Shown piece after piece: positions 1 to 11,019 of a stretch of 64,000 nucleotides of DNA; position 1 is the first letter of the stretch, and each line of letters begins with the position of its first letter. Made by a program: the position numbers and the translations under genes. Origin of the DNA: Eledone cirrhosa (Eukaryota); contig OZ024740.1 in assembly GCA_964016885.1 (NCBI GenBank), positions 334,800,001-334,864,000 on the forward strand. Reading direction: 5' to 3'. The notes beneath the pieces are model-generated. The model was not told the origin of the DNA, did no database searches, and saw nothing but the letters and a program-made list of their open reading frames with translations.

Positions 1-200
1 AATATGCTTACTATCCTCTGCTTCCCTCTTTGCAAGGTATACTTGTTGTCTAGCTTCTCTGCTGGCTACCCGATAGAGTTTTCTACTAAACCCGTCCTGC
101 CATTCTTTCCACGCCTGCTTTTTGGCCTTGATGGACTCCACCACCTTACTGTTCCACCACCTTGTCACTCTCCTCCTGCCTAACAGTTTGCTCCAGCCAT
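1..200 (-). mobile_element. RTE-clade LINE ORF fragment (EN-RT linker), runs off the window edge
   Basis: The minus frame from 180 reads GRRRVTRWWNSKVVESIKAKKQAWKEWQ...ARQQVYLAKREAE, resembling the WWN..V...I..KK linker of RTE-type ORFs. Confidence 0.7.
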
Positions 201-511
201 AGATTATATATATATACGTATTCTATTCCTTATGCATATACAGCATATTTATTACATGACTTCAATGATGATGGATGTAATTATATATTAGGTATATACG
301 TGTTTCTGATACACGCTTGATTTCACCGTAAAACCTGAAATCTGATGGTCTGCACTTTCTAAGCGTTTAATTTCTCATCTTAAAGTGTTGCTTTACATAT
401 TGTTTACATTACATTTTGATAACACTATCCGTACCAAACGCATACTTACATCGTCACTGATGTATATACAGACACAGTTTCACACACAGTCACAGTTAGA
501 GTTATACAAAC

Positions 512-616
<105 letters not shown>

Positions 617-685
617 TGATGGTAGCTATGCTTCCATAGGCGGTATGCCGGTTGCGCACTCTATATTCTTACAGAGCAGAGTGTG

Positions 686-987
686 ATATAATATAAAACG
701 AAAAATCAGTGATGCATCTGAACTCAATTTATTGTGTGTTACAATTGTTTCGCCGGCGGACAGCTCGAGAGACGATCATTGTGTGGATCTGTCTGATTCT
801 GAATCAAATGTTCTGACTGTGAGAGAATTTGCTCCGAAATAATTAGACTTGTCCGTCGAACCTGCAGATCCAGAATCAGACAGATCCACACAATAATCGG
901 GTCTCGAGCTGTCCGCCGGCGAAACAATTGTAACACACAATAAATTGAGTTTAGATGTATCACTGATTTTTCGTTTTATATTATATA
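686..987. repeat. Fold-back element: ~120-bp inverted arms around a ~60-bp spacer, probably two inverted Penelope-type termini
   Basis: 686-805 is the near-perfect reverse complement of 867-987. Each arm read outward contains GAAA-CAATTG-TA followed by AATAAA. Confidence 0.85.
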
Positions 988-1619
988 TATATATATATAT
1001 TTATATAACGTAAATATAATATAAATTCATGCATGCATTTATATTTCCCCACACACATATATAATGGTTTCTAATTTTGATACGAGGTTAGCAATTTTGG
1101 AGGAATTTCGTTATCAACTCCAGTACTTGACATCTCAAAAGAATGAAACGCAAATTTGTGATTTTGAAATTTGAATGTAGAGGACTGTATTGAAATATTT
1201 CATCCGACATATTAAAAATTCTGCCATCCACCACACTCTCTTTACATATATAAACAGAAATTGTACAAAGTACTCGCAGCATGTTTATGTTCACAGACTA
1301 GCTAGCCGCTTATTTATTACCCTATTACTATCTATCTTTCTATATACAATGAATACAATGAAATAAGTGAAAGATACAAAACATATTTCTCTGAATACAT
1401 TAATCTTGTTTATTTATAGAAAAACTCTTGCTATATCTAATACTCATTAAGAAAAATAAATATTGACTGCAAGATTTTTTAGTGCTTTCAAGTCAAAGAA
1501 AAAAGAATAACTGCCAAAATTAGATTTCCTTTTAATAACAACACAAACGAAAAGAAACCAACATTAATGCAGACAAAACTGGAGCAAAAATCTCTATTGC
1601 CGACTCCAAATATTGAAAA

Positions 1620-2330
1620 AAATAATAGTTATTTTCACTGATTCTTTCGTGCATTACATTACTTCTCATAGCCGATGCGACAAAAAGTCGAATCTGACAT
1701 CAAATCATTAATGAAAGCAATGAGTTGCTTTCCCTTTAATTAAATGTTCGATTGCTACTTTAGACTAGATGATTGCAATACAATGATAAAGATTTTACAC
1801 TAAGAATATAATGGATAATGTATATATATGTAATGTATTCCTCCCACGGTGAAGTTAATAAAACTGCTCGGAAGATAAATATCCATCGTATTTCCATTAA
1901 TACATTTGCAAGATAGATTTATATTCGTTTTTTCCTCGCCATTTCTTCGATCTGTATTCATGATTTTTTTTAACCATTTTATTTTATTTCGATGCGGTCA
2001 TTCAGTCAGAAATAACTAACTGTAGCATAGTGGTAACATAATTGGTGATATAATATCCACCTCTTAATATGACCCTTGATGTCGTTAATTATAGTTTAAT
2101 AAGAATCATTTAATTTCTAATAATATAATTTTTACGAGCATTACTGGTTTATTTCTTTACAATTAGGAAAACTAAAATCAAGCAATCTGTATAAGAAATT
2201 GTTCTTGTTCTTTTCTTCTTGTTGCTTGGCACCAGTGAAGACTTTTTGAATTGACCAGCAGTTAAAGTGTCTAGAGGTTATGGCTTTGACCACCCCATTA
2301 ATATATGTAGCACTATATTGGTAAATACGG
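1620..2330 (+). pseudogene. Possible decayed class A GPCR remnant
   Basis: IIVIFTDSFV (D at 1640, TM2-like), SIATLD*MIAI (1748-1780, DRY-region-like, same frame), LFLFFSSCCLAP (2199-2234, TM6-like), TTPLIYVALY (2289-2318, NPxxY-like). Many stops. Confidence 0.33.
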
Positions 2331-4109
2331 TATTTCTTACCTGAAAGCCGGTTTATCTTATTCATCGAGTATGTACAACCGTAATTATCACGATGTTGCC
2401 TTCCATGATGGCAGATAATGAATATTCAGCCTTTGGTTTCGCAGTATATATGTGTCACTAATACCAACTTAAAGGAATTCATGCTAGTTTAGAGTTAGCT
2501 CTTATCCTTCCGTAGCCCAATCACGGGAGTCATATCAGGACATTACCAAGTGAGGACCACAGATACTATGGTAGACCGCAATACATAATAGCATCAATGA
2601 ATATCTCCATAGTCGTTTGAGATCGTAGAAATAACTGGAAATCACTACAAATCTCATCGTTATTTGATGTAGAAACAATAACCCTAGTGCCAGCTGGTCT
2701 ACGTAAGTTTTTATTATGGCTCTACTATGAATTTCTATCGCAGATTTGAACAGCGACGACGATTCGTCGGTAATTTATATCGAAAGATGATTATTGAGTT
2801 TTATGTGCTTCTAAAGTTAATTCGCATCAAATAGCCATTACAAGCAGGTTTATTAAACGTCATGTACTATTTATCTATAAAATTATTGTTTATTAATCTT
2901 CGACGCATGTTACGAGGCTATGGCAGTACTGAAAACTTACATGCAAGAGTGCTTATTGGTTAAAACGACCGTCTATACTTTTTCTACAAAAAATATAATC
3001 AACTTCGTAAAGGACGAAAAAGTATGTCGATCGAGGTGCAGATTATGTGAATATAAAAAAAAAATAAAACGAAAGGCATATCTCTTTAAATCCCTAGTTT
3101 TGCATACAATGGCGTACTGGCACCACAAAAACATGCACTAATATACACACACAATGATAAGCATGCACAGTTGCCAAAATAGTCATTCATATTCGGCTAA
3201 TTATTACAGTAAATAAAAGTAGTAAAAATTACATTTATGATCTTTAGTTGAGGAGAGAAATAATAGATAATGAGGAAAACTATTAGAAATAAACGAATAG
3301 CCCGTTATGTGAGACAAACGTTGATTGAGAGATCAGTAAAGAATATATATTTTAAATTATTTTTATTATATTTTAGGCTAAAAATGATAATGAGGATTGA
3401 AGCAATCACGTATTATTATTTTAAAATAAAGTTCAAATAATCGGGCCTAAGACCAAAATATTAAAGTTCTCCTTTCCCAGGGCGAAGATGGGTGCCTTAT
3501 GCCCCGTTATCAACAAAAAGATCACCAAATAACATTTCAAAACAACTTAAATTCACGGACCTTTTGTCCTGCAGAGTTGTACGACTTATGCTTTGGCCAC
3601 CAGAGCAGCAACAGAGCCTCCAACATCATCAACAGCAGCAAGGATCACAGAAACCACGGAGAGGTCCAAACTTAGCTCGTCCTCTCTCCCTCTTGCAAAT
3701 GCATGTTCACAATCACACACTTACACAGAACACTTGTTTGAGTCACATGACTCAGGCACAGTATACCCCCTCTCCTCACAGAGGGAGGGGACCTCAAATA
3801 GCTAAAATAACAAAAACGAAGCATGAAAAAACATACATTCTGCACCATTCCAACATACTCACCAACCCACACTCCAGAAAAAAAAAACGAGACAAACTCA
3901 CATCAAACACAGCCAGATATCCAACTACAGCAACTCCAACACCAATAACACACCCGACAATACAGACACCACTTGGTAAAACCACCAGCGCCACAACAAC
4001 CACAGCCATCCAAAAAAATAAAACACACACAACAAATCAAATAGTCACATAAATTCAAAACCAATTAAACACACAAACACACTATAATTTGTGCTACTGA
4101 GGAAGGCAA

Positions 4110-5378
4110 CTGTACAACTGAAGTCTCTCCTAGCACAGCACATATTGAGGACATAGAACGGAGGAAACCTCATTTATATCACCCATGGCCTGACAAACGT
4201 ACATCTGCTGCTAACATAATTGACGCGGATGTATGGATAAGCTGAGGCTGATGATGTGCATGCATGCGCCCATACTAGGCATCTCTACATATTCTTAAGT
4301 GGTGAACACGTGCGGTCACCATTCTTCAGACAGGCAGTCCCGCAGCTCGTATTTTTGACTGAGCTGCAGACATTTGTCGAATGACATTGAAACTTGGTGC
4401 CTGGAATCTTGAATGTTGTCAGGCGCACATAACACTGTACCAGTCAAGAAATGTGATTAGTGGAAATTCTACTCCAGCGTTCTACAAAGGTCTAGTGTCA
4501 GACAAATGCAACAACGATCTTGGGGCGAATCTGGGTGCCGGTGAAATCGAACTGAGCATTCTGCTCCTGAGAATTTTCAAGCCACCGGAGACAATAGAAA
4601 ATTCCCAGAAATCCGTAGCTTGGAAGGGCTATCGGGATGGGGGTTTACTCTCGGTTCGAAACAAACTCTAAAGGCACGGAAGTGTGGTCAGACAGTTCTG
4701 TTCGAAATCCAAGCGAAGAGGAAAAACCATCCTGCACGAATTCTTCAAGTGTCCATAAAGTACTAACTTGTGGGATTTTGGCGATCAGCTGTTATCGGTT
4801 GTAGGGAAAATATCCAATATCGACCGAGTCCATCGTGGAAATCGCCGCAGCACCTTCCTTTGGCAGGGAAGGGCAAACCATTTCCCTTTTATGTTGCTGG
4901 TAACAAAAGAGAGTGTGTGGTAGACGCGTCTGAAAAGACCTCAAACAGATAATTTCCTCCTCAGCCAAGACCATATGAACATTTTCATGTTCTACATGGA
5001 AAGGAAGCTGATGCTGGATAGGGAATTGTGTCCCGACACCCAGTGCATTTGTTCAAATATGGGTAATATACCGAGGATGATCCGAGTGAATGGGCATGCG
5101 ATGAGCATGCACCTGTTACCTGGAGTGTTTACAGTGAAGAAGGGCGCTATCTTTGGGTTTTCATGCAGAGTAGGGTGGTTTCCGAATGTTGGGGTTCCTA
5201 CCTTACCCCTGGGTGTTATTCTCATCAATGGGGAAATTGTTATTGTTATAAGTATATTGGTTATAGTTGTGTTATTTGTTTTATTACACGTTAGGATTTT
5301 TTTCATCTTTTTGTAAATCCCCTTGTCCCTGTTTTTTAGTGTCCACTATATGACATTTATTATGGCAAAACAGAAATC
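4110..5378 (+). mobile_element. Degenerate L1/Tx1-like LINE, 3' part of ORF2 plus 3' UTR, ending at an (ATT)n tract
   Basis: Plus-strand translation AWKGYRDGGLLSVRNKL*RHG...FCSK...KTILHEFFKCP*STNLW resembles a decayed C-terminal zinc knuckle, followed by KESVW*TRLK...SQD. Ends AGAAATC(ATT)n. Homologous to 37030-37570. Confidence 0.65.
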
Positions 5379-5400
5379 ATTATTATTATTATTATTATTA

Positions 5401-5441
5401 TTTTGCCTTTCATCCTTACGGGGTAGATAAAAGTAGAAACA
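5401..5441 (+). mobile_element. Internally deleted fragment of SINE family A
   Basis: TTTGCCTTTCATCCTTACGGGGT..ATAAAAGTAGAAACA matches the centre and tail of the copies at 37638 and 41072. Confidence 0.75.
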
Positions 5442-5558
5442 GTTATTTAACTGGAAAGTTTGTTGAAATGAATATCAAGTGGCTATCGGCAGCCTCAGAT
5501 ATTCAGGACCTATCGGAGGGTTCTTGCTGTTCCCTGCAAGCATGCCTTTTGAAGTGCT
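5442..5558 (-). mobile_element. 5'-truncated R4/Dong 3'-end fragment 1
   Basis: Diverged copy of ~6098-6212, bounded by (TTA)n at 5572-5657. Confidence 0.9.
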
Positions 5559-5567
5559 GTTGTTGAT

Positions 5568-5657
<90 letters not shown>

Positions 5658-5948
5658 GTTCTTTGAGTCTCAGTCATTGATGTTAGTTAACTGGAAAGTT
5701 TGTTGAAATGAATATCAAGCCACTACCAGCAGCCTCAGATATTCAGGACGTATCGGAGGGTTCTTGCTGTTCCCAGCAAGCATGCCTTTTGAAGCGTTCC
5801 AAAAAGCGTGAAGGGGCCAATTTTCTTTAACCATCCCTGGAAACTTTTTGAGATAGTCCCTAGTGCGCCTATGACAATCGGGATCACTTTGACTTCATGG
5901 CAGTTCCAAATCCTTTTTACCTCCCACTTTAAGTCCTGGTATCGGTTA
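5658..5948 (-). mobile_element. 5'-truncated R4/Dong 3'-end fragment 2 (~290 bp)
   Basis: Similar but not identical to 6075-6365, with (TTA)n on both sides. Confidence 0.93.
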
Positions 5949-5974
5949 TTATTATTATTATTATTATTATTGTT

Positions 5975-6026
5975 GTTATTCCTTGAATCTCAGTCATTGA
6001 TGTTGGTTAACTGGAAAGTCCGTTGG

Positions 6027-6029
<3 letters not shown>
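5975..6029 (-). mobile_element. 5'-truncated R4/Dong 3'-end fragment 3 (~55 bp)
   Basis: Identical by eye to the last ~55 nt of the full-length element (6072-6126), flanked by (TTA)n. Confidence 0.9.
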
Positions 6030-6065
<36 letters not shown>

Positions 6066-6151
6066 GTTATTGTTATTCCTTGAATCTCAGTCATTGATGT
6101 TGGTTAACTGGAAAGTCCGTTGGATTGAATATCAAGCCACTACCTGCAGCC

Positions 6152-9100
6152 TCAGATATTCAGGACGTATCGGAGGGTTCTTGCCGTTCCAAGCAAGCAT
6201 GCCTTTTGAAGCGTTCCAAAAAGCGTGAAGGGGCCGATTTTCTTTAACCATCCCTGGAAACCTTTGGAGATAGTCCCCAGTGCGCCTATGACAATCGGGA
6301 TCACTTTGACTTCATGGCAGTTCCAAATCCTTTTCACCTCCCACTTTAGGTCCTGGTATCGGTTAATTTTCTCCCTCTCCTTCTCTTGCACTCTCGTGTC
6401 GAACGGGCAGGCCACATCCACAATCAGGCACGATCTTTTTTCTTTGTCCACAACCACCAGGTCAGGTCTATTGTGTTCCAGTTTTTTGTCCGTCTGTATC
6501 CTAAAATCCCACAGCACCTTCACCTGACTGTTCTCCATCACCGCCTCTGGCCTATGCTCATACCATTTCTCAGAATGTGGTAGATTGTTTACTTTGCACA
6601 GGTGCCAGTGGATCACCCTGCCCATCACATCGTGTCTCCAGCCCTTATAGTGGGTCTGGGCTAGGTGTTTACACTCGGACACAATGTGAGCCACAGTCTC
6701 CTCTCTCTCTCCACAGATCCTGCACAGTGGGCTAGCCTCCTCCTTGTAGATATGGTGCTTCAACCACTTCGTTTTGAGGGCCTGCTCCTGCGCAGCCATT
6801 AGCATTCCTTCTGTAGCCTTTTTGAGGTCTCCTCTTCTCAACCAGTTCCATGTCTGTGGATCTCTAAATTCAGTTTTCTCAAAGAAGGTACTATGAAGGG
6901 ATTTTCCCTTAAGGCTGCTCTTCCTCCTTGATGTTATTTCCTCCTTGGGTATCCCCTGGCCTACTGTCCCCTCCTTCAGTACAGCTCTGAGCATTGGCTC
7001 CTTACTATAGGTCACGTATTTGTATAGGTTGTTTTTCTCCATCTGAACACAGTCCTCTATGCTGATAAGACCTCTTCCACCCTCAGATCTCCTTAGGTAG
7101 AGTCTATCGACATCACTCCTCTTGTGGAACATGTTGTAGATAGTCAATAGCTTCCTAGTCTTCCTATCCATTTCTTTTTGTTCAGCAACATTCCATCTCA
7201 GAATTCCCGCACTGTACCTAATAATAGACACAGCTCGGGAATTTACTGCGCTTATGGCATTTCTGCAGTTCAGATGTGACTTCAATACGCTCCTTACTCT
7301 CCGAATGTATTCAGTTCTTAACAATTCCTTCATTTTTTTGTTCTTTATGCCATCAGCCTCCAGAACGCCCAAATACTTGTATCCTTCCTCAGAGTCAATT
7401 TCCTTTATCATCTCACCTGTTGGTATCTGGATCCCGTTACTTCTGCTCAACTTACCCCTCCTCATCACAATGACTCCACATTTACCAATACCAAACTGCA
7501 TACATATATCACTGCTGAAAATACGGACAGTGTCAACAAGCACATCCAACTCCTTCTCACTTTTCCCGAAGAGCTTAAGATCGTCCATGAAGAGGAGGTG
7601 ATTGATGGTAAGCTCTCCCCTTCCCAACTTGTATCCTGCTGTCACTTTTCGCAGCATAATGGTCAAGGGCATCAGGGCAAGGACAAACAACAGAGGGGAC
7701 AGGCTATCTCCCTGGAAGATACCTCTCTTGATCTTCACGCTTCCCAAGGATACTCCAGTTGATGTCAACTCTGTCTCCCAGGACCCCATACTCCTGCCCA
7801 GCAACTGTCTGATGTTATCTGCCACCCTGAAGATCTCCAGGCTTTTGGTGATCCAGGAATGAGGCACCATGTCAAATGCCTTTCTGTAGTCTATCCATCC
7901 CATGGCAAGATCAGTGTGTCTCCTCCTGCAATTCCCCATTACCATCTTATCAATAAGCAACTGGTCCTTTGTACCACGTGACTTCTTTCGGCATCCTTTC
8001 TGTTCGTCCGGCAACAAGTTGTTTGTGTGGAGGTGATGGTAGATTTCCTCAGACACAATGCTCGTCAACAGTTTCCACATTACGGGCAGACATGTGATAG
8101 GTCTATAGTTGGTAACATCATTACCCTTGATTCGGTCTTTCATTATCAGAACTGTGGTACCTTTTGTCAACCACTCTGGCACCTCACCCGACACCAAGCA
8201 GTCATTGAACATGGCCGTCAGCTTCGGGTGGAGGGATGTTAAATGTTTAATCCAATACCCCTGCACACCATCTGGGCCTGGTGATTTCCAGTTGGTTAGT
8301 TTTTTGGCTTGCCCCTTAAGAGTTTCAACTGTGATACTCAAATCAGTCTGTTGCTGTGCCTGCTCACCGATCTCCCTCTGTACTGTCTCAATCCACCCTG
8401 CCTGGGCATTGTGTCTAACATCCTGCTCCCATATTCCTCTCCAGAATGTTTTAGCTTGTTCCGCCCCAGGGATCAAGTCGGTGCCTCTTTCTTTCCCCTC
8501 AAGCTGTCCAAACAGCATCTTCTGGTTGTTGTCGAACATGCGGTTCTGTTTATACTGACTGACTCTGTTCTCGTATCGCCTGATTTTGGCACTCTTTGCT
8601 ACAATGCGTTGCTTCAATTCCTCTATGATAATATTTAGCTTTTTACTCCTAGTTTTGTATTTTATTTCCAGTCTATTTTTAGTGCCTATGTTTTTTAGTG
8701 TCCCATTCAGTAGTGACTCAAGCTTTCCTATGTCATTTCTCATTTCCCCGATTTGCCCACTCAGTCGCTTCTTCCACCACGGCTCTGCTCTTTCTTGTCT
8801 GTTGTTTCCTCTCGCTTTTATACCAAGTAGTTTCCTCACCGTATTTGCTGTTGCTTTGAGGATATTGTTGCACTGGTGAAGACTCCTCGCCTCAAGGTAT
8901 GGGATGACTTTGTTTACCTTAGCTGTTGTTTCTTTTAACTTTTTCCTGTCTACAAATCTTAGGTTCATAGGTCTCCCACTATCATTGTTCAACTCATCTA
9001 CCACTAAATTTAGGATGTCAACCGAATCTTGTCCTAGCCCGTCAGCATTCATCTCCTCAGTGGCCGTATCTCTGTTCCAGGTATTATTTATCTCAGTATT

Positions 9101-9544
9101 CAGATCATTGTCTGCTTCGGGTGGTTCCTCCGCTCTCAGGACCTCCTCACCTTCATTTCCCGCCGGCTCGCTTGTCTGGTATCCTACACCCGCCATCTTC
9201 AAGCCATTCTCTCTGCTCAGTTCCTCCAGTTCCAGCTCGCTTATCCACCCATTAGTTCTTATTACCCGAGCCTGCCCGGCCAATTTTTGTTCATCTAATT
9301 TAAATAAACCAATCTCGTTCCAGATGTTATGCATCCGTCTCCTGTAGCCCCTCTCCTTGGGGTTACTTTTCAGGTAGCATTGCATAACAGTTCTATTCAA
9401 TTCTTTCTTCCAGTTGGTTCTGGCCCCTTTCCTTCTTCTTCTTCCTCCAACATCAGCAGTATTTGGTTGACTGTCAGGTTCCTGCTGCTGAGCCAGGGGG
9501 CACCTGTTGGGTGAGAGTCTGTCACATGACGTTCTAGTCTCCAT
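6152..9544 (-). CDS. Reverse transcriptase plus restriction-like endonuclease polyprotein (R4/Dong clade), 1130 aa
   Basis: RT motifs NWKSPGPDG, NYRPITCL, WIDYRKAFDMVPH, GIFQGDSLSPLLF and HLLFMDD; CCHC motif CRICGEREETVAHIVSEC; RHD; RPD..IVDVACP..KEREK endonuclease. No APE domain and no internal stop. Confidence 0.96.
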   Translation of the reverse strand: METRTSCDRLSPNRCPLAQQQEPDSQPNTADVGGRRRRKGARTNWKKELNRTVMQCYLKSNPKERGYRRRMHNIWNEIGLFKLDEQKLAGQARVIRTNGWISELELEELSRENGLKMAGVGYQTSEPAGNEGEEVLRAEEPPEADNDLNTEINNTWNRDTATEEMNADGLGQDSVDILNLVVDELNNDSGRPMNLRFVDRKKLKETTAKVNKVIPYLEARSLHQCNNILKATANTVRKLLGIKARGNNRQERAEPWWKKRLSGQIGEMRNDIGKLESLLNGTLKNIGTKNRLEIKYKTRSKKLNIIIEELKQRIVAKSAKIRRYENRVSQYKQNRMFDNNQKMLFGQLEGKERGTDLIPGAEQAKTFWRGIWEQDVRHNAQAGWIETVQREIGEQAQQQTDLSITVETLKGQAKKLTNWKSPGPDGVQGYWIKHLTSLHPKLTAMFNDCLVSGEVPEWLTKGTTVLIMKDRIKGNDVTNYRPITCLPVMWKLLTSIVSEEIYHHLHTNNLLPDEQKGCRKKSRGTKDQLLIDKMVMGNCRRRHTDLAMGWIDYRKAFDMVPHSWITKSLEIFRVADNIRQLLGRSMGSWETELTSTGVSLGSVKIKRGIFQGDSLSPLLFVLALMPLTIMLRKVTAGYKLGRGELTINHLLFMDDLKLFGKSEKELDVLVDTVRIFSSDICMQFGIGKCGVIVMRRGKLSRSNGIQIPTGEMIKEIDSEEGYKYLGVLEADGIKNKKMKELLRTEYIRRVRSVLKSHLNCRNAISAVNSRAVSIIRYSAGILRWNVAEQKEMDRKTRKLLTIYNMFHKRSDVDRLYLRRSEGGRGLISIEDCVQMEKNNLYKYVTYSKEPMLRAVLKEGTVGQGIPKEEITSRRKSSLKGKSLHSTFFEKTEFRDPQTWNWLRRGDLKKATEGMLMAAQEQALKTKWLKHHIYKEEASPLCRICGEREETVAHIVSECKHLAQTHYKGWRHDVMGRVIHWHLCKVNNLPHSEKWYEHRPEAVMENSQVKVLWDFRIQTDKKLEHNRPDLVVVDKEKRSCLIVDVACPFDTRVQEKEREKINRYQDLKWEVKRIWNCHEVKVIPIVIGALGTISKGFQGWLKKIGPFTLFGTLQKACLLGTARTLRYVLNI

Positions 9545-10113
9545 TTCACCGTTATTCGAACTGTTTATGTTCGATATTTAAACACTCTTATCGAGGATTG
9601 GCGAATGTATGTTTACATAGCCATCTGTGGATCCGCCATCCCACTTGGCCCTTGTGTGGCATTATCACCACGCTGTATACGGACACACATAAACAAACAA
9701 ACACACGGGCAGAAAGGGCCCCAAAAATGAATAAGCATAAGTTTCATTGTAATGTAGTATTCGAATGTCTGACTTAGTTTTTGTTTTTTAAGTTTTACTT
9801 TTCCCCCCCTCTTCTCTGTCCGTCCGCCTGCTTCTCTCTTCATTCTTATTTTCTTTACGTTTTTGGGGTTTCTTTTTTTGTTTTTGTTTTTCTCTGTTTT
9901 TCTCGTTTTTTACTGTTGTTGCTGTGCTGCTTTTGTTGTTTGTTTTTTCTTTTTTCTTTTGAGTCTATCTATATATTTTGATGCCTTCCTCTTTGTTAGT
10001 AGTAGGAATTCTATAATGTGGAAGTGGTAGCCAGCAGAGACTAGCGGCGTTGGCGATACTGAGACAGTGGTGGCGGTGATGTCGATACCGAGGCAGTGGT
10101 GGCGGTGATGCGA

Positions 10114-10772
10114 CCGTATTACTGTAGTGATGGTGCTGTAGCGGTGGCAGCAGCAGTGAAGGAGTCAGGGGGTGGTGGCGGCGGTGATGGGATAGTGGTG
10201 GTAGTGATGGCCGTAGTGAGCGGTGGCGGTGAAGGTGAAAATGCTGTTGTGTTTAGTGTACACAGATGATGGGGTGGGTGGTGTATCTAGTTTCTGGTGT
10301 TGGTGAGTTTCGCTGTCCTATATAGTGTAGCCAGAGGAGAGGAGGGGGGGGGGTTCTTCTTCCATTTATAGCCATTTTATTTTTATTTATTTATTTTTTT
10401 TTTTTTTGGATATACAGTGTACAATACAAAGTTGAATATTTGAATATTTGAGCCGTATTACTGTAGTGATGGTGCTGTAGCGGTGGCAGCAGCAGTGAAG
10501 GAGTCAAGGGGTGGTGGCGGCGGTGATGGGATAGTGGTGGTAATGATGGCCGTAGTGAGCGGTGGCGGTGAAGGTGAAAATGCTGTTGTGTTTAGTGTAC
10601 ACAGATGATGGGGTGGGCGGTGTATCTAGTTTCTGGTGTTGGTGAGTTTAGCTGTCCTATATAGTGTAGCCAGAGGAGAGGAGGGGGGGGGGGTTCTTCT
10701 TCTTCCATTTATAGCCATTTTTTTGGGGATATACAGTGTACAATACAAAGTTGAATATTTGAATATTTGAGC
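10114..10772. repeat. ~340-bp tandem duplication inside the Dong 5' region
   Basis: CCGTATTACTGTAGTGATGGTGCTGTAGCGG...GAATATTTGAG occurs at 10114-10452 and again at 10453-10772. Confidence 0.95.
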
Positions 10773-10944
10773 CTTATAACAATATATTTTGGGTCCGAAT
10801 TTTTTGGGGCTCAAGCCGGGTGCTTTACGTAGCATTTGTACTAAGAGTTGTTATTTCACAAATGATTTAAATATGTTAAAAATTCAAAACTTACGGGAGC
10901 GATTTCATGACCTCCGTCACCTCGTGCGTCTTCTTCCCTTATTC

Positions 10945-11018
<74 letters not shown>

Positions 11019-11019
11019 T

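Larger units (their letters stand above)
6062..10944 (-). mobile_element. Apparently full-length R4/Dong-clade non-LTR retrotransposon inserted in (TAA)n
   Basis: Single ORF, ~80-nt 3' UTR and ~1.4-kb 5' region. (TTA)n arrays flank both ends (6028-6065 and 10945-11017). Dong elements are known to target TAA repeats. Confidence 0.92.

Noticed and set aside
3492-4052. 186-aa ORF and overlapping antisense ORFs
   Set aside because: Low-complexity, A/C-skewed sequence like the PLE tails elsewhere in the window, with no domain motifs.
4091-4136. GTGCTA-CTGAGGA...TAGCAC hammerhead candidate
   Set aside because: There is a stem I-like pairing but no GAAA box or stem II; at most a truncated relic.
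5380-6130. Repeat-spacer appearance resembling a CRISPR array
   Set aside because: The units are retrotransposon 3' ends of variable length separated by TTA repeats; eukaryotic context and no cas genes.
6225-9514. Plus-strand ORFs overlapping the Dong ORF
   Set aside because: Antisense shadows of the long coding frame with no independent motifs.
9600-9700. Possible HDV-like ribozyme before the Dong ORF
   Set aside because: I could not build the nested double pseudoknot by eye.
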